This document shows, piece after piece, positions 43,543-53,268 of a DNA stretch of 64,000 nucleotides. The stretch's first letter is position 1, and each line of letters opens with the position of its first letter. The translations under genes were made by a program, and so were the position numbers. Source of the stretch: Candidatus Multivoradales bacterium (GTDB lineage: Bacteria; Acidobacteriota; Thermoanaerobaculia; Multivoradales; Multivoraceae). Where the stretch lies: contig CBDCWI010000001.1 of NCBI GenBank assembly GCA_965223325.1, forward strand, positions 320,001 to 384,000, given 5' to 3'. Below the pieces are notes generated by a model that did no database searches, was not told the DNA's origin, and was given only the letters and a program-made list of their open reading frames with translations.

Positions 43543-44940
43543 GTGGCCAACTCCGCCTCACCCACGTCGCGCTACGACTACGACCTGATCTGCATTGGTG
43601 CCGGTTCGGGAGGTGTGCGCGCATCGCGCTTCGCCGCCTCCTACGGCGCGCGCGTTGCCGTCATCGAAGACGGTCCGCTCGGTGGTACGTGCGTCAACGT
43701 GGGATGCGTTCCCAAGAAGCTCTTCTACTACGCCTCGCGGTTGCATCACGACGCAGGTCTTCTACCCGATTTCGGGTGGGAGGCTTCGCAACCTGCCTTC
43801 GACTGGTCACGGCTGATCCAGAACAAGAACCAGGAAATCGCCCGCCTCAACGGGATCTATCGACGCATTCTCGCGGGCGCAGGGGTCGAGATCATTCTCG
43901 GCCGCGGACATATCGAAGGCCCGAACACCGTCAGCGTCGGCGAAACGACGCTCAGCGCACGCTACATCCTGGTGGCCGTCGGCGGGCGGCCCTGGATGCC
44001 AGACTTTCCAGGAAGCGAGCAGGCGATCGTCTCCGACGCGGCGTTCTATCTCGAAGAGATGCCGGAACGTGCCCTGGTCGTTGGCGGCGGCTACATTGGG
44101 GTCGAGTTTGCCGGGATCTGGAACGGGCTCGGAGCCCAGGTCACTCAGGTCTACCGCGGTGAAATGTTTCTTCGTGGCTTCGATGGCGACGTGAGATCGG
44201 CCCTCGCTCTAGAGATGCAGAACAAGGGCATCGACCTGCGCTTTCACACCGAGGTCACGGCAATCGTCCGCCAGGCCGACGGCTCGCTCCGCGCAACGCT
44301 CAGTTCAAAGGATCGCGACGACGAAGAACTCGACGTCGATCTCGTGCTCTACGCCACCGGTCGCGTCCCGCGCACCGACGACCTGGGGCTCGAAAACACC
44401 GCCGTCCGGGTGGGTGCGCGCGGCTTCATTGAAGTCGACGACCAGCTTTGTACCGCGGAGCCCAGCATCTACGCCATCGGCGACTGCATCGAGCGGCCAT
44501 TCGATCTCACTCCAGTTGCCCTCCACGAAGGCATGGCTGTTGCCGCGACCCTCTTTGATGATCGCCCGACCAGTCCCGAGTACGACAGCATCGCCACCGC
44601 CGTCTTCAGCCAACCACCGATCGGTACCGTGGGTCTGACAGAAGAAGAGGCACGCGAGCGCTTCGGTGCCGACAACATCGAGATCTATCGCAGTCGCTAC
44701 CGCGCCTTGAAGCTGACCTTGGGCGACGATCCCGAGCGCTCGCTGATGAAACTCGTCGTCGACCGCGGGAGTCGTCGCGTTCTAGGAGTGCACGTTCTCG
44801 ACTCCGACGCCGCTGAGATCGTGCAGGGCTTCGCCGTCGCCGTAAAGATGGGGGCCACCAAAGAACAACTCGACGCCACGATCGGCATTCATCCAACATC
44901 GGCGGAAGAGCTCGTGACCCTACGCGACCCGGTCAGCTGA
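43543..44940 (+). CDS. gor: Glutathione-disulfide reductase
   Basis: GAGSGG, GGTCVNVGCVPKK, GGGYIGVE, IGIHPTSAEE; AGGAG plus GTG. Confidence 0.95.
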   Translation: MANSASPTSRYDYDLICIGAGSGGVRASRFAASYGARVAVIEDGPLGGTCVNVGCVPKKLFYYASRLHHDAGLLPDFGWEASQPAFDWSRLIQNKNQEIARLNGIYRRILAGAGVEIILGRGHIEGPNTVSVGETTLSARYILVAVGGRPWMPDFPGSEQAIVSDAAFYLEEMPERALVVGGGYIGVEFAGIWNGLGAQVTQVYRGEMFLRGFDGDVRSALALEMQNKGIDLRFHTEVTAIVRQADGSLRATLSSKDRDDEELDVDLVLYATGRVPRTDDLGLENTAVRVGARGFIEVDDQLCTAEPSIYAIGDCIERPFDLTPVALHEGMAVAATLFDDRPTSPEYDSIATAVFSQPPIGTVGLTEEEARERFGADNIEIYRSRYRALKLTLGDDPERSLMKLVVDRGSRRVLGVHVLDSDAAEIVQGFAVAVKMGATKEQLDATIGIHPTSAEELVTLRDPVS

Positions 44941-45083
44941 GAGTGAGCGCGCTGGGGCCCGCTACACTGTGCGAGCGATTGACTTCGGCCGACCTCCTAC
45001 CGCACTTCTCTCCACGAAATACCGGTCTCTATGAATCACCGGCCGGCGGGTCGCTTGCACAGTGATTCTTTGCGGGAGTTGCC

Positions 45084-47036
45084 ATGAACCGTTCTCCGCT
45101 GATCGTCCTCGGACTTCTTTTCCTCGCCGTCGCTCTATCGGGTGTTTCGGCCGATGACTCGCCGGATCCCTCGAGCTGGACCAGCTATGGCGGCGACACC
45201 TGGAGTACGAAGTACTCTCCGCTCGACCAGATCGATGCGACCAACGTCAAGAAGCTCGAGATCGCCTGGCGTTGGGGCTCGCCAGAAAACGACCTTGTCG
45301 CCAAGGACCCCAAGTACCGCCCAGGGCTTTACGAAGCCACGCCCTTGTTCATCGACGGCGTTCTTTACACGGCGACGTCCCACAGCGGCATCGCGGCGAT
45401 CGACCCAGGGACCGGCAAAACGCTCTGGCATTTCGACTCCCTGAGCCAGGAAGGCGGCAGGCCTCCCAACCTCGGCTTCATCCATCGCGGGGTCTCTTAC
45501 TGGAGTGACGGTGAGGCGACGCGAATCTTCATTGGTACGGGCGACTCGCGATTGATCGCCGTCGATCACGTAACCGGTGAACCGATCGGCGAGTTCGGCA
45601 ACCAGGGAAGCGTGGACTTGAGCAAAGGCTTGCGGCGCCCAATCCCAAGGCGCTACTACGGCTTGAACTCCCCGCCGCTGGTTTGCGGCGATGTCGTGGT
45701 GACCGGTGCGACAATCGCCGACCTCGCCATCAGTCGCAACGCGCCCCCGGGCGATGTGCGGGGCTTCGATGTGCGCACGGGCGAACACCTGTGGACTTTC
45801 CACTCCATTCCGCAGGCCGGCGAGTTCGGCAACGAAACCTGGAAGAACGAGTCGTGGAAGGGCACCGGCAACACCAACGTCTGGAGCCTCATGAGCTGCG
45901 ACGAGGAGCTCGGCTACGTGTACCTCCCGTTCGGAACGCCAACCAGCGACTACTACGGAGGAGAACGTCACGGCGACAACCTCTTCGCCGAGAGCCTGGT
46001 CGCTCTGGACGTTGAAACCGGAGAACGCATCTGGCATTTCCAGGCCGTGCATCACGGAATCTGGGACTACGACTTTCCATGCGCGCCCAACCTCGTCGAC
46101 ATCACGGTCGACGGCGAGAGGATCAAGGCAGTCGCACAGGCGAGCAAGCAGGGGTTCATCTACGTCTTCGATCGCGTCACCGGCGAGCCGGTTTGGCCCA
46201 TCGAAGAGCGCAAAGTCCCTGCGTCTTCGGTTCCGGGCGAGAAGCTGTCGCCAACCCAGCCCTTCCCGACCCGCCCGGCACCTTTCGAACGCCAAGGAGT
46301 GAGGCCCGAAGACCTGATCGACTTCACGCCCGAGTTGGCTGCCGAGGCGCGCAAGATCCTCGCCGAGTTCGACTACGGTGAGCTCTTCGTTCCTCTCGGC
46401 ACAGGGCGACCGACGATGTACCTGCCTGGATGGCTCGGTGGTGCCAACTGGACGGGAGCCGCCGTCGATCCCGAGACCGGTGTTCTCTATGTGCCGTCGA
46501 TCACCAGCCCGATCGCCTTCACATTGACCGAAACCGACTCGAACCGCTCCGCGTTCCGCTATACCGCCACTCCTACTCCGGTTATCGGACCTGACGGCCT
46601 GCCGCTGTTCAAACCGCCTTACGGGCGGATCACCGCGATCGACCTCAACAGCGGCGAGCACCTTTGGATGTCACCGCTTGGCGACGGTCCGCGTGATCAT
46701 CCACGACTGGCCCATCTCGACCTTGGACCGCTGGGCGCTCCACAGCGGGGTGCGCCGCTCGTCACGAAGACTCTCCTGTTCGTGACCCAGGAAGGGACCA
46801 TCGGTGAGATCCGCTTCAGCGAAGACCTGCACGCGGCAGAAGCCGAGACCTTCACATCCGACCCAGGGCTGCGGGTGTTCGACAAGCAGAACGGAAACCT
46901 GTTGACCGAGATCGAACTACCGGCCAACGCGATCGCAGCGCCCATGACCTACCTCCACGAAGGCAAGCAGTACATCGCGGTGTCGATCGGCGGTGGCAGT
47001 CAGCACTCCGAGCTGGTTGCCCTGGCGCTACCTTGA
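45084..47036 (+). CDS. PQQ-dependent dehydrogenase (glucose/quinate DH-like, no N-terminal membrane domain)
   Basis: KYSPLDQI, EATPL, WHFQAVHHGIWDYD, KPPYGRITAID, PMTY..GKQYI. Confidence 0.9.
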   Translation: MNRSPLIVLGLLFLAVALSGVSADDSPDPSSWTSYGGDTWSTKYSPLDQIDATNVKKLEIAWRWGSPENDLVAKDPKYRPGLYEATPLFIDGVLYTATSHSGIAAIDPGTGKTLWHFDSLSQEGGRPPNLGFIHRGVSYWSDGEATRIFIGTGDSRLIAVDHVTGEPIGEFGNQGSVDLSKGLRRPIPRRYYGLNSPPLVCGDVVVTGATIADLAISRNAPPGDVRGFDVRTGEHLWTFHSIPQAGEFGNETWKNESWKGTGNTNVWSLMSCDEELGYVYLPFGTPTSDYYGGERHGDNLFAESLVALDVETGERIWHFQAVHHGIWDYDFPCAPNLVDITVDGERIKAVAQASKQGFIYVFDRVTGEPVWPIEERKVPASSVPGEKLSPTQPFPTRPAPFERQGVRPEDLIDFTPELAAEARKILAEFDYGELFVPLGTGRPTMYLPGWLGGANWTGAAVDPETGVLYVPSITSPIAFTLTETDSNRSAFRYTATPTPVIGPDGLPLFKPPYGRITAIDLNSGEHLWMSPLGDGPRDHPRLAHLDLGPLGAPQRGAPLVTKTLLFVTQEGTIGEIRFSEDLHAAEAETFTSDPGLRVFDKQNGNLLTEIELPANAIAAPMTYLHEGKQYIAVSIGGGSQHSELVALALP

Positions 47037-47052
47037 AGTGCAGTGGGGGGAG

Positions 47053-47412
47053 CTAGCTGCTCTTCTTGCCTTTGAAAGTGCCTTCGCCGACCTGGCCGTA
47101 GTCGCAGGTGCCCTCCATCTCGTCACCTGAGATCGTGCCCTTGTAGGTCACCGTTCCGGCTTGTGACTCGAAGGAGAACGCGATGGAGTTGCCGTCGACC
47201 GTGCCGGAAACCTCAGCGTCGCCGAGCTGGCCCTGGTAGGTCCCGGTTACCTTGCCGCCATCTTCTTCGGCGAGCTTGAAGGTCGCGTCACCACCCTGGC
47301 CGCCCAGGTCGACCGATAGCACCCAGGTGCCATCGACGTGGTGTGAGGCGATTGCAGCGCCGGCTGCGAACAGTAGGAGAACCGAGAACAGGAGAACGAT
47401 TGCTTTCTTCAT
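47053..47412 (-). CDS. Small secreted beta-rich hypothetical protein
   Basis: GAGGAG RBS; signal peptide MKKAIVLL; VDGTW..GKVTGTY pattern. Confidence 0.8.
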   Translation of the reverse strand: MKKAIVLLFSVLLLFAAGAAIASHHVDGTWVLSVDLGGQGGDATFKLAEEDGGKVTGTYQGQLGDAEVSGTVDGNSIAFSFESQAGTVTYKGTISGDEMEGTCDYGQVGEGTFKGKKSS

Positions 47413-47654
47413 GGCTTGACTCCTCGAGAGACGACCGGGCGAGATAAGAGCCCAGCAGGGGGTGTTCATGGGAACGCCTAACGAGACTAGCGCAGACCGA
47501 ATCGCGCCCCCGCACCGAACCCTAAACTCCGCAGTCGGGGGGAGTCTCCCAGTGGGCCGACTGGCTGTCTGCGGTGCGAGGGTTGAAACTTGTGGGACTC
47601 TGGGGAGTCTCTACTTCAGTCCCGCTTCCCCCCGGCTGTCCTCAGGGAGTCCCC

Positions 47655-50114
47655 GTGCTGATTCAACGATTCCTGCGTAGTTTCTTTGCCCACCCGGGCT
47701 TTACCGGCGTCGCGATTACTACTCTCGCTCTCGGTCTGGCGGCGGTGCTCACGATCTACTCGCTGGTCGACGGGGTGCTTCTGCGGGCCCTGCCGTATCC
47801 CGAGAGTGATCGGCTGGTCTCGGTCGACCACACGGCACCGGCGCTCAACCTGCCAACGATGGGTTCTTCGCGCGGGCTCTATCTCCACTATCTCGCGACG
47901 ACCACCAGCTTCGACGAGATCGGTCTCTTCGACGGCTACCGCGTGACCCTCACCGGCGAGGGTGAACCGGTGCGCGCCCAGGCCTCGAGCGTTACTCCTT
48001 CGTTCTTCCGCGTCCTGGGGACAACGCCTCGCCTGGGAAGGACCTTCTCGGAGGCGGAGGGGCGCCCCGGATCCAATGCCAACGTCGCCGTGATCGCGCA
48101 TGGGCTCTTCGAGCAGCGTTTCGGTGGCGACCCGACGGTCACTTCGGGCGGCACCATGCAGATCGACGGAGTCACCCATCAGATCATCGGCGTCATGCCT
48201 CAGGGATTCGCCTTTCCGTTCGCCAATACCGACCTCTGGCGAGTACGGCAACTGGACGCTGCCTCTGCTCCGCTGGGCTCGTTCAACGACCAGCTCTTCG
48301 CCCGTCTTCGCGACGGTGTCTCGATCGAACAGGCGCGCGCCGACCTCGAGCAGTCGAGTCACGGCCTCGAGCAGAGCTTTCCTGAAGACAGTGCCGCGCC
48401 GATCCTAGACCGTTCCGGTTTCACCGCCACAATCGAAACGCTCCTCGACCGCACCGTCGGTGACACCAGAGACCTTCTCTGGGTACTCCTGGCAACCGTC
48501 GCCGTGATCCTTCTCATTGCCTGCGCCAATGTCGCCAACCTCTACCTGGTGCGGGTTGAAGAACGCGGGCATGAGCTGGCAGTCCGTGCTGCGCTGGGAG
48601 CCGGCGGCCGACGACTGATCGGTCAACTGATGGCCGAGAGCCTTGCGCTGGCTGGGGTCGCCGGCGTGCTCGCGCTCACCCTGGCGACCCTCGCTCTTCG
48701 TCTCATAAAGTCCTACGGCCCCACCGATCTTCCGCGCATTCACGAAGTCGCGATCGATGCCCGCGTCATGGCGTTCGCAGTTGCCGTTTCACTGTTCGCA
48801 GGCGCCCTCTTTGGCTTGCTCCCCGCTTTGCGCGCCGCCAGGGGACACGGCGCGCGCGCCGCGGTTCTGGCTCTGCGCGAAGGTGGCCGTGGCACCGCCG
48901 GCCGCGAACGCCACCGACTGCGCACTGCTCTGGTCACTGCCCAGGTGGCTCTCGGGCTCCTTCTATTGGTGGGCAGTGGCTTGATGTTTCGGAGTCTGCA
49001 GCAGCTGGCGAATGTCGACCCGGGCTTCGTCGCCGACGACACGCTGACCTTTCAGCTCACCCTGCCCGAATCGAAGTACCCGGAGGGCGAAGAGCGCGTT
49101 CGCTTCGCCGAGACCGTCATCGAGCGCGTCCAGGCCTTGCCGGGAATCGACGCGGTTGCCGTCGGCAGCACGACGCCGATGTCAGGCGTGGGCAACGGCT
49201 CCGGTTATTCAGTGCGCGATCAACCGACAACCGACGACTCCATCCCACCGGTCTTCATGCAGGCACACACCGGCCCCGGCTACCTCGAAACCATCGGCGT
49301 CCGGACGCTCGCCGGCCGCCTCCCCGCCCCCGACGACTACCAGAACCGCCGTGGCAATGTCGTCGTCACCAAGAACCTCGCCGATCGCTTCTGGCCAGAC
49401 ACCAGCGCGCTCGGCAAAGAAATCGCCCCCGGCACACGCGGTGCCGAAGATCGTTGGCTGAAGATCGTAGGCATCGTCGACAATGTCCACCAGTTCGGAA
49501 ACTCTGTGGAGGCGCCGCTACTCGTTTTTCTGCCGCTGCTCGACATTGTCGGCGAGAACCCTCAGGACCTCGGCGGCAACCTGTCGTTCGTCGTCGACTC
49601 ACAACTCGCCAGCGACACGGTTCTGGCGCAGATTCGCAACGAGATCTGGTCGATCGACCCGGAAGTGCCCCTCACTTCGGTACAGACTCTCGAGGACATC
49701 TTGCACGCCGACCGGGCCGAGCGCGCCTTCTCCGTCACCGTCCTTGGCATCGCCTCGGGTCTCGCCTTGCTGCTCGCCGCGCTCGGCCTCTACGGCGTGG
49801 TGTCCTACGTCGTAACGCGCCGCACCCGCGAGCTCGGTGTGCGCATGGCTCTGGGAGCGCAGCAGAGCGACATCGCAACGTTGGTGGTGCGCTCCGGGGT
49901 GACGGTGGCGGTGGCGGGCATCGTCATCGGAACCGTCGTCGCAGTCGGCCTGACCCGCTTCCTCGAATCACTGCTCTTCGAAGTCAACGCCCGCGACCCG
50001 GTGGTCTTCGGCAGCGTCGCGCTCGTTCTGCTGGCGGTCACTTGTATCGCGGTCCTCCTCCCGGCACTGCGCGCTTCGCGCGTCGACCCGATGATCGCCC
50101 TGCGTCACGAATAG
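47655..50114 (+). CDS. ADOP-family duplicated MacB/FtsX permease
   Basis: PGFT..TLALG, LLIACANVANL, QVAL..LLVGSGL, GLYGVVSYVVTRRTRELGVRMALGA, RVDPMIALRHE. Confidence 0.92.
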   Translation: MLIQRFLRSFFAHPGFTGVAITTLALGLAAVLTIYSLVDGVLLRALPYPESDRLVSVDHTAPALNLPTMGSSRGLYLHYLATTTSFDEIGLFDGYRVTLTGEGEPVRAQASSVTPSFFRVLGTTPRLGRTFSEAEGRPGSNANVAVIAHGLFEQRFGGDPTVTSGGTMQIDGVTHQIIGVMPQGFAFPFANTDLWRVRQLDAASAPLGSFNDQLFARLRDGVSIEQARADLEQSSHGLEQSFPEDSAAPILDRSGFTATIETLLDRTVGDTRDLLWVLLATVAVILLIACANVANLYLVRVEERGHELAVRAALGAGGRRLIGQLMAESLALAGVAGVLALTLATLALRLIKSYGPTDLPRIHEVAIDARVMAFAVAVSLFAGALFGLLPALRAARGHGARAAVLALREGGRGTAGRERHRLRTALVTAQVALGLLLLVGSGLMFRSLQQLANVDPGFVADDTLTFQLTLPESKYPEGEERVRFAETVIERVQALPGIDAVAVGSTTPMSGVGNGSGYSVRDQPTTDDSIPPVFMQAHTGPGYLETIGVRTLAGRLPAPDDYQNRRGNVVVTKNLADRFWPDTSALGKEIAPGTRGAEDRWLKIVGIVDNVHQFGNSVEAPLLVFLPLLDIVGENPQDLGGNLSFVVDSQLASDTVLAQIRNEIWSIDPEVPLTSVQTLEDILHADRAERAFSVTVLGIASGLALLLAALGLYGVVSYVVTRRTRELGVRMALGAQQSDIATLVVRSGVTVAVAGIVIGTVVAVGLTRFLESLLFEVNARDPVVFGSVALVLLAVTCIAVLLPALRASRVDPMIALRHE

Positions 50115-50144
50115 CGACACCACCAGCTTGCTAGCATCGCTCGC

Positions 50145-50726
50145 ATGCCGTTCATCCAGATCACCCCACCCGACGAAGCCACCGGCCTGCTCGCCCGCCT
50201 CTACAAGGCAGCCATCGACCGCGCCGGGCGCGTGTTCAACGTGCTGCAGCTCCAGAGTCCAAGGCCCCATGTTCTGCAGGCATCAACGCGGCTCTATACC
50301 GAGGTCATGCACTCCCCGAGGAGTCCCCTGAGTCGGGCACAACGCGAAATGATCGCGGTCGTCGTCTCACGCGCCAACGACTGCCACTACTGAACGCGTG
50401 CCCACGGCGACGACCTCCGGGCTGAGGTCGAGGACACCCAAGCGGCGAGCGCCCTGACCGCCGCGGTAATGACCGACTACCGCCAGGCGCGACTCAGCGC
50501 TCCCGACCGCGCGATGCTCGACTTCGCGGTCGAGCTGACGCGGCAACCTGCCGCCATCACCGAAGCGGCGATCGCCGAGCTGCGGGAGGCCGGCTGGAGC
50601 GACACGGCGATTCACGACATCGTCCAGGTCACCGCGCTCTTCAACTACTACAACCGCCTCGCCGACGGCCTGGGAATCGACCCGGAGCCCGATTGGGACG
50701 AAAGCCCCGCGGCCCTGAAGAGCTAG
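50145..50726 (+). CDS. AhpD/carboxymuconolactone-decarboxylase-family peroxidase-related selenoprotein (Sec at TGA 50391-50393)
   Basis: ORFs 50145-50393 and 50469-50726 are in frame; readthrough gives LSRAQREMIAVVVSRANDCHY-U-TRAH..DYRQARLS..FNYYNRLADGLG, with U at the second Cys of the family CxYC motif. Confidence 0.88.
50411..50430 (+). promoter_or_regulatory. Bacterial SECIS-like hairpin
   Basis: cgacctc-cgggct-gaggtcg; loop starts 24 nt after the TGA and has G at position 2. Confidence 0.7.
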
Positions 50727-50875
50727 AATCAGGGAGCGACGAGCCGGTCCTCTCCCTCCCCCGGTTCGACCAGGACCCCTATATCCCTTCCACCTCACGA
50801 CGGGACGGGGAAGCGACGGGCTTCGTATGCACTCACGAGGCGAATCCACGCCTCGCGCTCGGAGCTCAGTCCCCC

Positions 50876-52498
50876 TTGCCAACCTCACCGTCCCAACCAA
50901 CCCAGGCCCGGCCAACCCAGCCCCGCCCGGCACGCCCTCGACCCGGAAGGCCCGGTGCCCATCGCCGCAACTTGATCATCGCCGCGGTGGTTTCCTTCTG
51001 GATGTTGACCACTGGCCTCCTGGTCTTTCGTGAGCGTAGCCAGTCGACCCGCTTCCTGCCCACTTCGCGCGCCGTTCTGCTCGAGTCGACCGAGAGTTGG
51101 CTCGGCCTGTTCGCCGATGACCAGCCGGTCGGCTACGTGCACATGCAACAGATACCGGAAGTGCGCCACGGCGTAGACGGCCGCACGCTGATTCTCAACG
51201 TCGACCTACAGCTCGACCTCTTCGGCCGCGACGCTGCCCTGCAGCTGAACGGCGACGCCTGGAACGCCCTCCTACCCGCCGAAGTGAGGGCGCGGTCAAA
51301 CCGCGGCGCGCCAGAAGATCGCATCCCGACCGCCGAGCTGGGCTTCTCGGTACGTTCTGGACCCTACGACTTTTCCTTCGACGGCGAAGTCGACGACGGG
51401 CTGCTCACAGCCGAGATCCGCAACGCCGGCGAGGTGCTGCCGCTCGAAGTGCCGATCAGCGACGATGTGCTGGTCTCGGCCGGCCTCGGTGGCGCGACAT
51501 CGCTGCCGGTCCTCAACGTCGGTGAACAGGTCACCATTCAGAGCTTCGATCCGGTGACGTTGCGCGCTTCTGACACCGAGGTCCGGTGCGTCGCGCGCGA
51601 AGTCATCGAGGTCGACGGCGTGACCCATCGCAGCCGGGTCCTGGAAGTCGAGTCGCTGGGCTTGACGACCAAGGCGTGGATCGACGACTCCGGCCAGGTG
51701 CTCAAAGCCAGAACGCCGATTGGCCTCGAACTGCGCCGCATCTCAGCCGATCAGCTCGCACAGACCCGCTTCGGTGGCGATGCCGGTGCCCTGCTCGGGC
51801 TGAGCGCCATCCACCCCACCGGTGTGACCCCCAACCGAGGCGTCACGCACATGCAGTTCCGGGTTACCGCCGGTCCTTCTGACCTGCCGATTTCGCCCCT
51901 CCAGTTCGAGACCGGCGGCCTGTGGACACGCACGACCAACTCCGAGCCTTCCTCCCCCGAGCGCGGGGCTCCCCACCCAGCCCAGCCAGCTGGCCAGGAA
52001 ACTCCCGAGCTCTGGCTGGCCGCCGACGCCTTTGTCCAGTCCGACCATCCGCGCATGCAGGAGCAATCGCGCGCGATCGTTGACGGCCTCAGTGACCCGA
52101 AGGCCCGTGCCCTGGCGATTCACGACTGGGTCTTCGAAGAGATCGCCAAGGAACCCGCCCTGGGAATCCCCTCGGCCCTCGAGATTCTCGAACACCGGCG
52201 CGGTGACTGCAACGAACACACGGTGCTCTACGCCGCCCTCGCACGAGCTGCCGGCCTGCCAACGCGCATCGCCATCGGCGTCGTGTGGAGCGAAGACCTC
52301 GGCGGCTTCTACTACCACGCCTGGCCCGAAGTCTGGTTCGAAGACCGGGGCGGCTGGTCATGGATCGACCCCACACTCGGTCAGCCGTCGGCTGACGCGA
52401 CCCACATCAAACTCCTGGACGGCGGCATCGAAACCTGGCCGCGACTTCTGCCCTGGCTAGGGCAGCTGGAACTCGACATCGAGGACGTCGCCCCATGA
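50876..52498 (+). CDS. Transglutaminase-like protein with N-terminal TM (start uncertain)
   Basis: GDCNEH, ARAAGLPTR, YYHAWPEV, IDPT (Cys-His-Asp triad). Confidence 0.88.
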   Translation: MPTSPSQPTQARPTQPRPARPRPGRPGAHRRNLIIAAVVSFWMLTTGLLVFRERSQSTRFLPTSRAVLLESTESWLGLFADDQPVGYVHMQQIPEVRHGVDGRTLILNVDLQLDLFGRDAALQLNGDAWNALLPAEVRARSNRGAPEDRIPTAELGFSVRSGPYDFSFDGEVDDGLLTAEIRNAGEVLPLEVPISDDVLVSAGLGGATSLPVLNVGEQVTIQSFDPVTLRASDTEVRCVAREVIEVDGVTHRSRVLEVESLGLTTKAWIDDSGQVLKARTPIGLELRRISADQLAQTRFGGDAGALLGLSAIHPTGVTPNRGVTHMQFRVTAGPSDLPISPLQFETGGLWTRTTNSEPSSPERGAPHPAQPAGQETPELWLAADAFVQSDHPRMQEQSRAIVDGLSDPKARALAIHDWVFEEIAKEPALGIPSALEILEHRRGDCNEHTVLYAALARAAGLPTRIAIGVVWSEDLGGFYYHAWPEVWFEDRGGWSWIDPTLGQPSADATHIKLLDGGIETWPRLLPWLGQLELDIEDVAP

Positions 52499-53268
52499 CC
52501 ACCAAACTCCCCCACGCCACCACCCCGATGATTCGCACCCGCGGTCTTCACAAACGCTACGGCGACAAAGACGCCGTCTGCGACCTCGACCTCGACATTC
52601 CAGCGGGTGAGTTCTTCTGCTTCCTGGGCCCCAACGGCGCCGGTAAGACCACCACGATCAAGATGCTCAACGGTCTGGTGCGGCCCACCGACGGTCGCGC
52701 TGCCATCGGCGGGCACGACATTGCCGACGAGCCCGTACGCGCCAAGGAGCTGCTCGGATACATCCCCGACACGCCGTTCCTCTACGACAAGCTCACGGGG
52801 CGCGAGATCATGCGCTTCATCGCCGGTCTCTACCGCCTACCGAAGCGTGACTTCGAAGTCCGCTGCGATGAGCTTCTCGACACCTTCGAGATTCTTCACA
52901 AGGCCGACCAGCTGGTCGAGAGCTACAGCCACGGCATGCGCCAGAAACTCTCCTTCGCCTCTTGCTTCCTGCACGACCCCAGAGTCGTCATCGTCGACGA
53001 ACCGTGGGTCGGGCTCGACCCCAAGAACATCCGTAAGGTCAAACAGTTTCTGCGCGAGCGCACGCGCACCCACGGCCTCACAGTCTTCATGTCGACCCAT
53101 ACCCTGTCGATTGCCGAAGAGCTCGCCGACCGTATCGGGATCATCAACCACGGCCGCCTCCTGCGCATCGGCACGGTCGCTGAAGTCAAGGCCTTAGCCA
53201 ACAACCCCGGCACCCTCGAAGACGTCTTTCTCGAGCTCACCCAGGGCGACGACGAGGCCGCCGCTTGA
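52495..53268 (+). CDS. ABC transporter ATP-binding protein
   Basis: GPNGAGKTT, YSHGMRQK, VDEPWVGLDP; ATGA overlap. Confidence 0.95.
   Translation: MTTKLPHATTPMIRTRGLHKRYGDKDAVCDLDLDIPAGEFFCFLGPNGAGKTTTIKMLNGLVRPTDGRAAIGGHDIADEPVRAKELLGYIPDTPFLYDKLTGREIMRFIAGLYRLPKRDFEVRCDELLDTFEILHKADQLVESYSHGMRQKLSFASCFLHDPRVVIVDEPWVGLDPKNIRKVKQFLRERTRTHGLTVFMSTHTLSIAEELADRIGIINHGRLLRIGTVAEVKALANNPGTLEDVFLELTQGDDEAAA

Noticed and set aside
45135-46661. 508-aa minus-strand ORF
   Set aside because: Antisense shadow of the second PQQ dehydrogenase.
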